DNA from: Alphaproteobacteria bacterium
GTDB taxonomy: Bacteria; Pseudomonadota; Alphaproteobacteria; SHVV01
DNA length: 64,000 nucleotides
Assembly: GCA_965261735.1 (NCBI GenBank)
Contig: OZ253470.1
Location: forward strand, 3,264,001 to 3,328,000
Direction: 5' to 3'
Numbering within the stretch: position 1 is the first letter of the stretch; every line of letters starts with the position of its first letter. Below are positions 43,757 to 52,943 of this stretch, piece after piece. The position numbers and the translations under genes are program-made. The notes below the pieces were generated by a model. That model had not been told where the DNA came from and did not search any database. It saw only the letters and a list, made by a program, of their open reading frames with translations.

Positions 43757-45052
43757 ATGGCCGATCCCAAGAACCTCAAGCTCGAGACCCTGAGCCTGCA
43801 CGCGGGCCAGCAGCCGGACCCGACCACGGGCGCGCGCGCGGTGCCCATCTACCAGACCACCTCCTACGTCTTCCGCGACACCGAGCACGCGGCCTCGCTG
43901 TTCAACCTGGAGCGCGCAGGCCACATCTACTCGCGCATCTCCAACCCGACGACGGCCGTCCTTGAGGAGCGTATCGCGGCGCTCGAGGGCGGCGTCGGTA
44001 CCGTGTGCACCGCGAGCGGCCAAGCCGCCGTGCACCTCGGCGTCGCCACCCTGATGGGTGCGGGTGGACACATCGTGTCCTCGGCTGCCGTTTACGGCGG
44101 GACGCACAACCTCTTTACCCATACGCTGCCACGCTTCGGCATCACCACGACTTTCGTCGATCCTCGTGATGTCGCCGCCTTTTCCGCCGCCATCCGCCCC
44201 GAGACGCGGCTCCTGTTCGCCGAGACGCTCGGCAACCCGGGCCTCGAGGTGCTCGACATCGCGGCGGTCGCGGACGCAGCCCACGCGGCGCGGGTGCCGC
44301 TGATGATCGACTCGACCTTCACCACCCCGTACCTGTGCCGCCCGTTTGAGTTCGGCGCCGATATCATCATGCACTCGGCGACCAAGTTTCTCGGCGGCCA
44401 CGGCGTCGCCATCGGCGGCGCGCTCGTCGATTCGGGCCGCTTCGACTGGGAGGCGTCGGGCAAGTTCCCGACGCTGACCGAGCCCTACGCCGGCTATCGC
44501 GGGCTCGATTTCGTCGAGGAGTATGGACCCTCGGCCTTCATCATGCGCGCCCGCGCCGAGGGCTTGCGCGATTTCGGGGCGTGCATGAGCCCGACGACCG
44601 CGTTCCACATCCTCCAGGGCGTGGAAACGCTGCCGCTCCGGATGGCGCGCCACGTCGAGAACACGCGCCACGTCATCGCCTTTCTCCGCGCCGCCGAGGG
44701 CGTCGCCTGGGTCAACTACCCCGAGCTCCCGGACCACCCCGACCACGAACTCGCAGGCCGCCTACTGCCGCTGGGCTGCGGCGCCATCTTCAGCTTCGGC
44801 ATCGCGGGTGGACGCGTCGCCGGCCGGCGCTTCATCGACGCGCTGCGGCTGTTCTCGCACCTCGCCAACGTCGGCGATGCCAAGTCGCTCGTCATTCATC
44901 CGGCCAGCACCACGCACCAACAGATGGACGCGGCCGCGCTCGAAGCCGCCGGTGTTGGCGAGGATCTGATCCGCCTGTCGATCGGCCTCGAGGACGCCGA
45001 CGACCTGACCGACGACCTCGGCCAAGCGTTGCGGGCCTCGCAGCGGGGATGA
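43757..45052 (+). CDS. metY: O-acetylhomoserine aminocarboxypropyltransferase
   Basis: [48 protein letters not shown]. Confidence 0.9.
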   Translation: MADPKNLKLETLSLHAGQQPDPTTGARAVPIYQTTSYVFRDTEHAASLFNLERAGHIYSRISNPTTAVLEERIAALEGGVGTVCTASGQAAVHLGVATLMGAGGHIVSSAAVYGGTHNLFTHTLPRFGITTTFVDPRDVAAFSAAIRPETRLLFAETLGNPGLEVLDIAAVADAAHAARVPLMIDSTFTTPYLCRPFEFGADIIMHSATKFLGGHGVAIGGALVDSGRFDWEASGKFPTLTEPYAGYRGLDFVEEYGPSAFIMRARAEGLRDFGACMSPTTAFHILQGVETLPLRMARHVENTRHVIAFLRAAEGVAWVNYPELPDHPDHELAGRLLPLGCGAIFSFGIAGGRVAGRRFIDALRLFSHLANVGDAKSLVIHPASTTHQQMDAAALEAAGVGEDLIRLSIGLEDADDLTDDLGQALRASQRG

Positions 45053-45053
45053 G

Positions 45054-45842
45054 GTGGAGCTGAGCGTCGCCGGCAAGCACGTCTACGCGGCGACCGGTGG
45101 GCGGGCGCCGGCGCCTGACGCGCCGACCATCCTCTTCGTTCACGGGGCGGGGATGGACCACAGCGTGTGGGCGCTGCAGGCACGCTACTTCGCCCATCAC
45201 GGGCGCAACGCGCTCGCATTCGACCTGCCGGGACATGGACGCTCCGAGGGTCCGCCGCTCGCCTCGGTGAGTGAGGTCGCCGCGTGGCTCGCGCAGGCCA
45301 TGGCGGCGGCCGGGTTCGACAAGGCGGCCGTCGTCGGCCACAGCTTCGGCGCGCTCGCCGCCCTCGAGCTGGCCGCGCGCGAGCCCGCGCGCGTCTCGGC
45401 GCTGGCGCTGCTCGCGGCCGCCGCCCCGATGTCGGTCCATCCCGATCTGCTCGCCGCCGCCGCAGCCGACCGCCCGCTCGCCTGCGAGTTGATGGCCGAT
45501 TGGGGGCACAGCCGGCGCGCCCATATCGGTGGCGCCCTGCCGCCCGGCACCTGGCTGAAGGGCGCGAGCCAGCGCCTCCTCGAGCGCAGCGCGGCCGGCG
45601 TCCTGTACGCCGACCTCCTCGCCTGCAACGCCTATGAGGGCGCCATGGCGGCGGCCGCGGCCATACGTTGTCCGGCGCTGGTGCTGCTCGGCGAGGGCGA
45701 CCGGATGACGCCGCCGGAAGCCGCCGGCGCGCTCACGCGGGCGATTCCGGGCGCCGAGACCGTCGTGCTGGCGGCGTGCGGCCACCTGATGATGAGCGAA
45801 CAGCCGGCGCGCGTCCTCGACCGGCTCGCCGACTTTATCTGA
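45054..45842 (+). CDS. Alpha/beta hydrolase
   Basis: HGAG, DLPGHG, GHSFG, GHLMM. Confidence 0.88.
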   Translation: MELSVAGKHVYAATGGRAPAPDAPTILFVHGAGMDHSVWALQARYFAHHGRNALAFDLPGHGRSEGPPLASVSEVAAWLAQAMAAAGFDKAAVVGHSFGALAALELAAREPARVSALALLAAAAPMSVHPDLLAAAAADRPLACELMADWGHSRRAHIGGALPPGTWLKGASQRLLERSAAGVLYADLLACNAYEGAMAAAAAIRCPALVLLGEGDRMTPPEAAGALTRAIPGAETVVLAACGHLMMSEQPARVLDRLADFI

Positions 45843-45854
45843 TGACCAACGAGC

Positions 45855-45883
45855 GAGGCCCCGCCGTGCCAGGCGGGGGCCTC
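45855..45883. terminator. Hairpin between convergent genes
   Basis: GAGGCCCCGCC...GGCGGGGGCCTC. Confidence 0.5.
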
Positions 45884-45901
45884 ATCGATAGGCTTGGTCG
45901 A

Positions 45902-46396
45902 CTAGGACCGCTTGATAGCGATCTTCTTGACGCGCTTTTGCGCCGCGACCGCCTTGGGCACGCCGACCGTGAGCACGCCGTTGCGAAAGGCGGCCGAGAC
46001 CTTGCCCGCGTTGACCTCGTCGGGCAGCTTGAACGTCCGGCGGAAGGCACCGTAGGCGCGCTCGCTCAGATGACGGTCCGCGCCCCCGTCGCCCACCTTC
46101 TTCTCGCCGCTGATCGTCAGGCGATCGCCGACGACGTTAACCTCGACGTCCTTGTCGTCCATGCCCGGCAGCTCGACGGTGATCTCGTACGCCTTGTCGG
46201 TCTCGCTCACGTCGACCTTCGGGGCGAGGTCACCGAACTCGCCGACCCCGAATGGCTCGGCATCGAGGATCCGCCAAGGGTGCGCGAACAGCGTCGCGAA
46301 CGGATCGCGAGTGGCGAACATCGGGTGAAAGATCTTGGAGCTCGTGGGGGCGACCCGGCGCGCGTGCCGGGGGACCAGGGATGTTCCGAATACCAT
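45902..46396 (-). CDS. Hsp20/alpha-crystallin small heat-shock protein
   Basis: PKVDVSE, ELPG, ERAYGAFRR, FRNGVL. Confidence 0.9.
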   Translation of the reverse strand: MVFGTSLVPRHARRVAPTSSKIFHPMFATRDPFATLFAHPWRILDAEPFGVGEFGDLAPKVDVSETDKAYEITVELPGMDDKDVEVNVVGDRLTISGEKKVGDGGADRHLSERAYGAFRRTFKLPDEVNAGKVSAAFRNGVLTVGVPKAVAAQKRVKKIAIKRS

Positions 46397-46506
46397 GACG
46401 CTTCTCCTTTTGGTTCGATGCGGTGCCGGCGCTGGGCGCGCGTTGGGCCATGCGCTGCGCGCGGCGGCGCTGGGCGGGGCGGTGTGGCGGCGCCGAGGCG
46501 CCAGCC

Positions 46507-46971
46507 TCATGCGGCGTTTGCGGTGGGCTTGCTGCGGGACGGGGCCTCGCCCGCGTGGATCGAAACCCGTCTCGGCTTCAGGGCCTCCGGCACCTCGCGC
46601 GCGAGGTCGATGTGCAAGAATCCGTACTCGAGGCTCGCGCCGCTCACCTTGACGTTGTCGGCGAGCTCGAAGCGACGCTCGAAGGCGCGCCCGGCGATGC
46701 CGCGGTGCAGGAAGACCCTACCGTTCTCGCTCGTCTGCGCCTTGCCGGAGACGACGAGCAGGTTCTCCTGCTGGGTCACGTCCAGGTCTTCGGGCGGAAA
46801 GCCCGCGACCGCCATCGTGATGCGGTAATCGTTGTCGCCCGAGCGCTCGATGTTGTACGGCGGGTAGGCGACCTCGTCGTCGCTGACCCGGCTCGCGGCA
46901 TCGAACAGCCGGTTGAAGCGGTCGAAGCCGACCGTGGAGCGCAAAAGTGGGGTGAGATCGTAGGTTCGCAT
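46507..46971 (-). CDS. ibpA: Small heat-shock protein, IbpA class
   Basis: DLTPLLRSTVGFDR, YPPYNIE, LHRGIAGRAFERRFELAD. Confidence 0.92.
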   Translation of the reverse strand: MRTYDLTPLLRSTVGFDRFNRLFDAASRVSDDEVAYPPYNIERSGDNDYRITMAVAGFPPEDLDVTQQENLLVVSGKAQTSENGRVFLHRGIAGRAFERRFELADNVKVSGASLEYGFLHIDLAREVPEALKPRRVSIHAGEAPSRSKPTANAA

Positions 46972-47070
46972 GTGCAGATCCTCCGTGAAGCAATCTGGCT
47001 CTATCGCGGCCCGCCGCAAAGGGCCGGGCTGCTCGGTTCGTGAACCGGGACCCTCGACAGGCGTCCCGCT
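46972..47070 (-). promoter_or_regulatory. ROSE-like RNA thermometer in the 5' UTR
   Basis: Upstream hairpins, then GAUUGCUUCACGGAGGAUC: the UUGCU motif pairs with the SD (AGGA) leaving a bulged G. Confidence 0.7.
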
Positions 47071-47078
47071 CACAACTG

Positions 47079-47108
47079 AGATGTAGTCATTCTGGTTGCG
47101 GCTGCAAG
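47079..47108 (-). promoter_or_regulatory. RpoH (sigma32)-type promoter
   Basis: CTTG-N18-CTACATCT upstream of ibpA. Confidence 0.55.
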
Positions 47109-47227
47109 AGGTCGCACGAACGTAAAGAGAGGCACGACGCGGGCGCCGTACCGTCCTCGCGCGACATGTTAATCTTCTTCGCCGACAATCGCCCGCGCAC
47201 GCCGACGCCGAGAAGGAGATGCGGCGC

Positions 47228-47660
47228 ATGGCCGATGACGGCCGGGACGAATCCGCGGGCGTGGCCGAAACGGTCTTCTTCGCGAAAACGTTCGACGACA
47301 CGCTCGCCCTTGTCACGGACGCCCGCGACTACTTGGCGACGCAGGCCGCGGCGGAGATGCGCCCCCTCCCCGGCACCACGGCGCTCGCCTATACCCACGA
47401 AGCGCTGCGACTCACCTGCCGGCTGAGCCACGCGATGGCCTGGCTGCTGGTTCAGCGCGCGGTGCTTGCCGGCGAAATCACGCGGGCGGACGCGGGGCGA
47501 GAGGAATTTCGCCCGGCCGACCTCACGAGCGTGCTGTGCGAGCCGCCGCTGCTCGCGGCCGGCATGCCGCCAGCGCTGAGCGCGCTGCTCGAACGGGGGC
47601 CGCGCCTTGTCGCTCCGCATCGCCCGGCTCGACGAGCTAGCGATGCGCGACCAAGCGTGA
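47228..47660 (+). CDS. rcdA: DUF1465/RcdA-like protein with a +1 frameshift in a G run near 47597
   Basis: ARDYL, EALRLTCRL...AWLLVQRAV..GE; shifted frame gives RALSLRIARLD. Confidence 0.75.
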
Positions 47661-47776
47661 GTCGCGGCCGCCCGCCTCCCCGAACCATTTCCACGCCTGC
47701 GCTCAGCCGGAGGTTGCGAACGGGGATGCATCGTGGATGAAGGCCGTCGTAGGATGGCTTTGTGAAGCATGGGGTG

Positions 47777-48556
47777 ATGCAATCGGCAAAGTTACTCGCC
47801 GCCGCAATGACAGCGGCGCTGGCGGCCTCGCACGCGGCGGCCGAGGAACCGAATTACCCAGTTTGGTGATCGCCGGTGCTCGAGCTTGAAAGCATCGACG
47901 ATATCGATGCCCGTCTGTCGAAGCGCTTTGTGGACAGCGGCAAAGGCGCGCCCGTTCACAAGGGCAAAGGGGCCGACCGTAAGACCGAATACGTGGACAG
48001 TTGCGCCTCTCTCGCCCGGTGGTCAGAGCACGGCTACAGCGCCCTCGCGAATGTGTACCTGAAGTTTTTGCACTATCAAGAGGCCACTTGCCGCATCATT
48101 GAACTGCTGCGGAGCGCGAAGCCCGCGCGCACGAGCTTTGTGCGGGAGTTCGCGCTCGACGGCGACGCCCTCGACTACCTGCCGGACATGGTCAATCTCT
48201 CACCCTCGTGCGAGGGGGCAGGCTGGCAATTCCAGGCCAACGAAAAGAGCATCCCGCTTACGCAACACTCTGAGATCAGCGAGCTGCAAGTGGTGGGCTC
48301 TAACCGGATCGAGTTCGACACGGATGGAGACTTCACGAGTGTAGAAGCGATGGCGCGGGCCGATTTCAATGGCGACGGGCTTGATGATCTGGTGGTGCGA
48401 GTATCGGTGGAGCTTGCGCACGGAACATGGGGGGCGACCACCGATTTAGTGCTGTCGCGCGCCTCGCCTCGCGCCGTCCTCAGAGTCCTCGATGCCGCCA
48501 AGGAACTCTGCCCCGGTTACGACTATCCCTTCGACCACCCCGACCCTGGCGGATAG
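47777..48556 (+). pseudogene. Secreted paralog 1 (putative immunity protein) with a nonsense codon at 47867
   Basis: Signal peptide MQSAKLLAAA...; YPVW*SPVLELES where the paralogs read YPVWWS; DFNGDGLDD. Confidence 0.85.
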
Positions 48557-48561
48557 GCCCG

Positions 48562-48658
48562 CTAGACGTACCACTGTTTGAGGGCGTCTCGCTTGCCGGT
48601 GGGGTGGACGAAATGGGGCTCCCTTCTTGGCCGCCTCCTCGAATCACTTCCGCACTTG
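48562..48658 (-). pseudogene. Remnant of the muramidase 3' end (about 31 codons, with a stop and a frameshift)
   Basis: QVRK*FEEAAKK/EPHFVHPTGKRDALKQWYV; near-identical to 51629-51724. Confidence 0.88.
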
Positions 48659-48735
48659 AGCTCAGCCAGTGGTTGCGAGTGAGGATGTATCGTGGATGAG
48701 GACTGCCGTAGGATGTCTTCATGAGGCGTGGGGCG

Positions 48736-49482
48736 ATGCAATCGGCAAAGCCAGCTATGGCCGCGGTGATCGCGGCGCTGGCGGGCTTGCCCGCGTCGCG
48801 GCCGGTGGCCGCAAACGAACTTTACCCCGTGTGGTGGTCGCCGGTGCTGGAGCTTGAAAGCCTCCACGACATCGACGAGAGGCTTGCGCGGAAGTTCAAG
48901 TACCCCTTCACCGCCTACAAGGGCAGGGGCGCGGAGCGCAAGAGCGCCCACGTCGACAACTGCAACTCCCTCAAGCACTGGTGGGCCCAAGGCTATGCCG
49001 ACGCGGTGAGCTCGGACCGGTTGATTTCGCTCTATGATTTGGTTGGCTGCCGCATCATCGAACTGCTGCGCCGGGCGAAGCCCGCGCGCACGAGCTTTGT
49101 CCGAACGTTCATGCTCGACACCGAAGCGGTCAACTACCTTCCGGCGATGGTCGATTTGGAGCCGTTTACCAGTCGAGTAAAATGGCAATGCGAGGCTAAT
49201 GAAAAGGGCATCCCGCTGGCCCGCGCCTCCAACGTGAGCAAACTAAAGGTCATCGGCCCAAATGAGATGAAGTTCGAGTCGCCAGGAATGAGCGTCGGTG
49301 TTGAGCTGATGGCGCGCGGCGACTTCAATGGCGACGGGCTCGATGACCTGGTAGTGCGGGTGAGGGGGCGCGCGACGGGGGGAACTTGGGGGGCGACGCG
49401 GCACTTCCTATTGTCGCGCGCGACTTCGCAAGCCGTATTGCGAATCCTGAATACCGCCGAGATAAGGGCTTGCCGAACCTAG
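48736..49482 (+). CDS. Secreted paralog 2 (putative immunity protein), C-terminus probably truncated
   Basis: Signal peptide; YPVWWSPVLELES, CRIIELLR, YLPAMVDL, DFNGDGLDD, GTWGAT. Confidence 0.85.
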   Translation: MQSAKPAMAAVIAALAGLPASRPVAANELYPVWWSPVLELESLHDIDERLARKFKYPFTAYKGRGAERKSAHVDNCNSLKHWWAQGYADAVSSDRLISLYDLVGCRIIELLRRAKPARTSFVRTFMLDTEAVNYLPAMVDLEPFTSRVKWQCEANEKGIPLARASNVSKLKVIGPNEMKFESPGMSVGVELMARGDFNGDGLDDLVVRVRGRATGGTWGATRHFLLSRATSQAVLRILNTAEIRACRT

Positions 49483-50632
49483 TGGATTGATTCCAACGTT
49501 TGGAACCCTCTGTTTCGTGCGGCGATGATATGATCGGGGTCGGCTTTCCAGATGAAGGGTTTTGGGTTTGCGTCATTGTATTCGCGGACAAATCGGTTGA
49601 TGGCGTCCTGAAGGTCGACGACGGATTGGAAGACGCCGTATTTGAGCCTGCGCCGCGTTAGTTTGGCGAAGAAGCCCTCGACGGCATTGAGCCACGAGCA
49701 CGAGGTTGGCGTGAAGTGGAAGGTCCAGCGTGGATGGCGGGCGAGCCAGGCGCGGACCTTGTCCTTCTTGTGCGCGGCGTAGTTGTCGAGGATGACGTGG
49801 ACGGCCTTGTCCGTCGGCACCTCGCGCTCGATGCGGTTGAGGAAGCGGATGAACTCCTGATGGCGGTGGCGCTGCATGTTCTGTGCGATGACCGTACCGT
49901 CCAGCACGTTGAGCGCGGCGAACAGCGTCGTCGTGCCATGCCGTTTGTAATCATAGGTCATCGTACCGGCGCGGCCCTTCTTCATCGGCAAGCCGGGTTG
50001 GGTGCGGTCGAGCGCCTGGATCTGTGATTTCTCATCAACCGACAGCACCACGGCATGGGCCGGCGGATCGACATACAAGCCGACGATATCTGTGAGCTTC
50101 TCGGCGAAGGCGGGATCATTGGAGAGCTTGAAGTGCCGCCAGCGGTGCGGGCTGAGGCCATGGGCCTTCCAGATCGCTTGGACCGTCGACGCCGCGACGC
50201 CAGCAACCTTCGCCATCGCGCGCAGCGTCCAGTGGGTCGCCTCGTGCGGCGGCGCTTGCTGGGTCAGGCGGACGATCTCGGCGACGCGCTCCGGCGGGAT
50301 CGGCGCTTTGCCAGGCGGACGGGACCTGTCGCGAAGCAAGCCGTTGACACCCTCGTGCATGAACCGCTCCTGCCAGCGCCAGACACAGGTCTTGGACTTG
50401 CCGGTCTCGGCCATGATCGACGAGTTCCCGAGCCCCTCGTCGCTCTTCAGGATGATCCGCGCCCGCCAGACATGTTTCTGCGAGCTCTTCGGGTCCGCGA
50501 CGATAGCTTGCAATCGCTGACGGTCGCCAGACGTGACAGTAAAATGGATGCCGGTGCGCATAGCACAGACTCGCATGACACCGCACAATACGGAATCTCA
50601 AATCGGACTCTTTCGTTCCGATCAATCCACTA
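49480..50632 (-). mobile_element. IS630-family element; transposase 49479-50561
   Basis: TAGTGGATTGAT/ATCAATCCACTA ends within CTAG; SVDEKS, ILDNYAAH, SWLNAVE. Confidence 0.93.
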
Positions 50633-50673
50633 GGACTGCCCCGCCGGCCAGGCCGCCATACGGGGCTCTTGAA

Positions 50674-50769
50674 CTAGACATACCACTGCTTGAGGGCGTC
50701 TCTTTTGCCGCTGGGGTGAACGAAATGGGGCTCCCTCTTAGCCGCCTCCTCGAACCAGTGGCGTACCTG
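50674..50769 (-). pseudogene. Remnant of the muramidase 3' end (31 codons)
   Basis: QVRHWFEEAAKREPHFVHPSGKRDALKQWYV*. Confidence 0.88.
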
Positions 50770-50845
50770 GTCTCAGCCAGGGGTTGCGGACACCGGCAGG
50801 CGGGAGATAATTAGCCTCGAGGATCACCGGTAGAGGACTCCGGTA

Positions 50846-51622
50846 ATGCGAGCAGCAACGGCCGGGGCGGCAGCGTTAGCCGCGATGCTCGTGGCAGCGC
50901 CGGCGCTGGCGACCGAGCGCTACCCCGTGTGGTGGTCGCAGGCGCTGGAGCTTCAAAGCCTTGACGACATCGATACCCGTCTGTCGAGGCCCTTTGTGAC
51001 CAGGGGTAAGGGCGCCCCCGTCTACAAGGGTAAGGGGGCGGACCGCAAAACCGAGTATGTAAACAGTTGCGCCTCTCTCTTCCGGTGGTCAGAGCAAGGC
51101 TACAGCGCCTTCGCGAACGTTTATCTGAAGGCCTTGAATTATCAGAAGGCCACATGCCGCATCATCGAGTTGCTGCGCGACGCCAAGCCGGCGCGCATGA
51201 GCCATGTGCGCACGTTCACGCTCGACGCCGAAGCGATCAACTACCTGCCGGCGATGGTCGATCTGCATCCGCTGTGTGGCGCGGTGGGCCCGCAATATTT
51301 GGCTAACGACAAAGGCATCCCGTTGGCTCAGTTTTCAAAGGTCGGCAAGGTCGAGGTTATCGGACCCCACGAGATGCGGCTCGACTCGGTCGGATCGCGC
51401 GTCCGAGTCGCGACGATGGCACGCGGCGACTTCAACGGCGACGGGCTCGATGATCTGGTCGTTCGGGTTTCTGCCCACGTGACGGACGGCACTTGGGGGG
51501 CGACCACTTATCTAACGTTGTCACGTGCCTCGCCCGGCGTCGTCCTCCGGGTTCTCGATGCTGCCAAGGAATTGTGCCGGGATTACGACTACCCCTTCGA
51601 CCACCCAGAACCTGGCGGATAG
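50846..51622 (+). CDS. Secreted paralog 3 (intact; putative cognate immunity protein)
   Basis: Signal peptide ending ALA; four Cys at positions matching paralog 1; DFNGDGLDD; ends 6 nt from the muramidase stop. Confidence 0.88.
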   Translation: MRAATAGAAALAAMLVAAPALATERYPVWWSQALELQSLDDIDTRLSRPFVTRGKGAPVYKGKGADRKTEYVNSCASLFRWSEQGYSAFANVYLKALNYQKATCRIIELLRDAKPARMSHVRTFTLDAEAINYLPAMVDLHPLCGAVGPQYLANDKGIPLAQFSKVGKVEVIGPHEMRLDSVGSRVRVATMARGDFNGDGLDDLVVRVSAHVTDGTWGATTYLTLSRASPGVVLRVLDAAKELCRDYDYPFDHPEPGG

Positions 51623-51628
51623 GTCGGG

Positions 51629-52522
51629 TTAGACGTACCACTGTTTGAGGGCGTCTCGCTTGCCGGTGGGGTGCACGAAATAGGGCTCCTTCTTGGCCGC
51701 CTCCTCGAACCACTGCCGCACCTGCGTGTTACGCTCTTCGGGCGCCTGCCTGCGTCCAGATTCCTTAGCCGCCCTTTTCCAGTCCCGCATGGCAACGGCT
51801 TTTCTGAATTCCGGGAATCCATACTCTTCAGCCGACATGAAGATTTTTTCGACGCCCGCATTGTAGGCGATGTCCAGGAGGCCGAGCTTGGCCGTGGGCG
51901 GGAAGGTGTCGAAGCCCGAGAACTCGGTCTTCTGCTTGAGCGCCCCTATCGTTTGCCAGATGTCGAGCACCGCGAGGTCGCCGACGTCGTTCTTCGACAT
52001 CCTGATTTCGGTCAGGGGTTCGAACACGGTGAAAATCCTGTCTTTTAGATCCTGTCTCTTCTTGACCGCTTCATAGGCCTGTCTGATGGCCTCTGCCGTC
52101 GCCGGCTCCTCGTAGTCAATCCCCGGCCGCGCCCAATAGAAACGCAGTTGCTGCGCCGCCTGCGCGCTCTCGATCAGGTGGCCGAGGCCCACGGTCACGT
52201 TGCCCTCGCTATCGAGATACATATACTGGACGCGTCCTTCGGACCTTTCCAGCTGATCGAAATATTCCTTCTCGATGTCCTTCCACGGGAAGGGCGGCCG
52301 CAGCCCAGTGTTGAAAATCTGCTTGAGCTTGGCGTCGCGAACGACGTAGCCCGTACCGCGCTCGACCAGGATGTGTTTGTGCCACTTCCAGTGGTAGGCC
52401 CAGGCGGCAAGCTTCTTCAGGCGCTCGGCGATGTAGTCCGGCTTGACCTTGAACTTGGTGAAACCGGCGTGGCGCGCGTCTTTCTTCTCGATGTTCCGGG
52501 CCTCGATCATGAAGCTCATCAC
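51629..52522 (-). CDS. T4-lysozyme/GH24-like muramidase with an ~85-aa N-terminal extension and no signal peptide
   Basis: SEGRVQYMYLDSEGNVTVGLGHLI gives the E-x8-D-x5-T triad; LLDIAYNAG; FRKAVAMRDWKRAAKES. Confidence 0.85.
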   Translation of the reverse strand: MMSFMIEARNIEKKDARHAGFTKFKVKPDYIAERLKKLAAWAYHWKWHKHILVERGTGYVVRDAKLKQIFNTGLRPPFPWKDIEKEYFDQLERSEGRVQYMYLDSEGNVTVGLGHLIESAQAAQQLRFYWARPGIDYEEPATAEAIRQAYEAVKKRQDLKDRIFTVFEPLTEIRMSKNDVGDLAVLDIWQTIGALKQKTEFSGFDTFPPTAKLGLLDIAYNAGVEKIFMSAEEYGFPEFRKAVAMRDWKRAAKESGRRQAPEERNTQVRQWFEEAAKKEPYFVHPTGKRDALKQWYV

Positions 52523-52536
52523 CGCTCTCCCGCGTT

Positions 52537-52581
52537 TGATGCGTTACGCATCATTATACGATACGTTAGGAGACGTGTGAA
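52537..52581 (-). promoter_or_regulatory. Sigma70 promoter with adjacent palindrome
   Basis: TTCACA-17-TATAAT (52581-52553); palindrome TGATGCGT-T-ACGCATCA at 52537-52553. Confidence 0.7.
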
Positions 52582-52689
52582 TTCATAACGAATTGGGGAA
52601 TACGGGCGCGGGAGGGCGCGTCGATGAGCGCGATTGTTGGCGGGCGGGCGTCGATTCAGCCGAGCTTATGCGGAGGGACGCGGCGAGGC

Positions 52690-52910
52690 CCACCCTTCGA
52701 CAGGCTCAGGGTGAGGCGGAGTCTGGTGCCGGCCTCACCCTTCGACAGGCCCAGGGTGAGGAGCCGCACCAACCCTCATGCTGAGCTTGTCGAAGCAGGA
52801 GCGCCAGCAGGCCCACCCGTTGACAGGCTCGGCCAATCGTGGGGTGTGGCGCGCGGCGTCGCCACCTGTGCGAGGATTAAGGTAGGGGCGGGTTTGAAAC
52901 CTGCCGTTGC
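52690..52910. repeat. Cluster of REP-like elements
   Basis: CACCCTTCGACAGGCYCAGGGTGAGG x2, inverted CCTCATGCTGAGCTTGTCGAAG, a degenerate fourth copy, and GTAGGGGCGGGTTTGAAACCTGCC. Confidence 0.75.
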
Positions 52911-52943
52911 GGGCCGGCTCGGGGCCGGCGGCCGAATGGACGC

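Noticed and set aside
47867-47869. TGA recoded as Trp or Sec
   Set aside because: TGA ends many normal genes here and the paralogs have TGG; a nonsense mutation is simpler
47665-51724. CRISPR-, integron- or DGR-like reading of the repeats
   Set aside because: The repeats are coding remnants about 1 kb apart; there is no cas, integrase or reverse transcriptase gene, no attC-like structure and no adenine-specific variation
51629-52522. Prophage lysis gene
   Set aside because: No holin, spanin or other phage gene nearby; the neighbours are secreted paralogs and core genes
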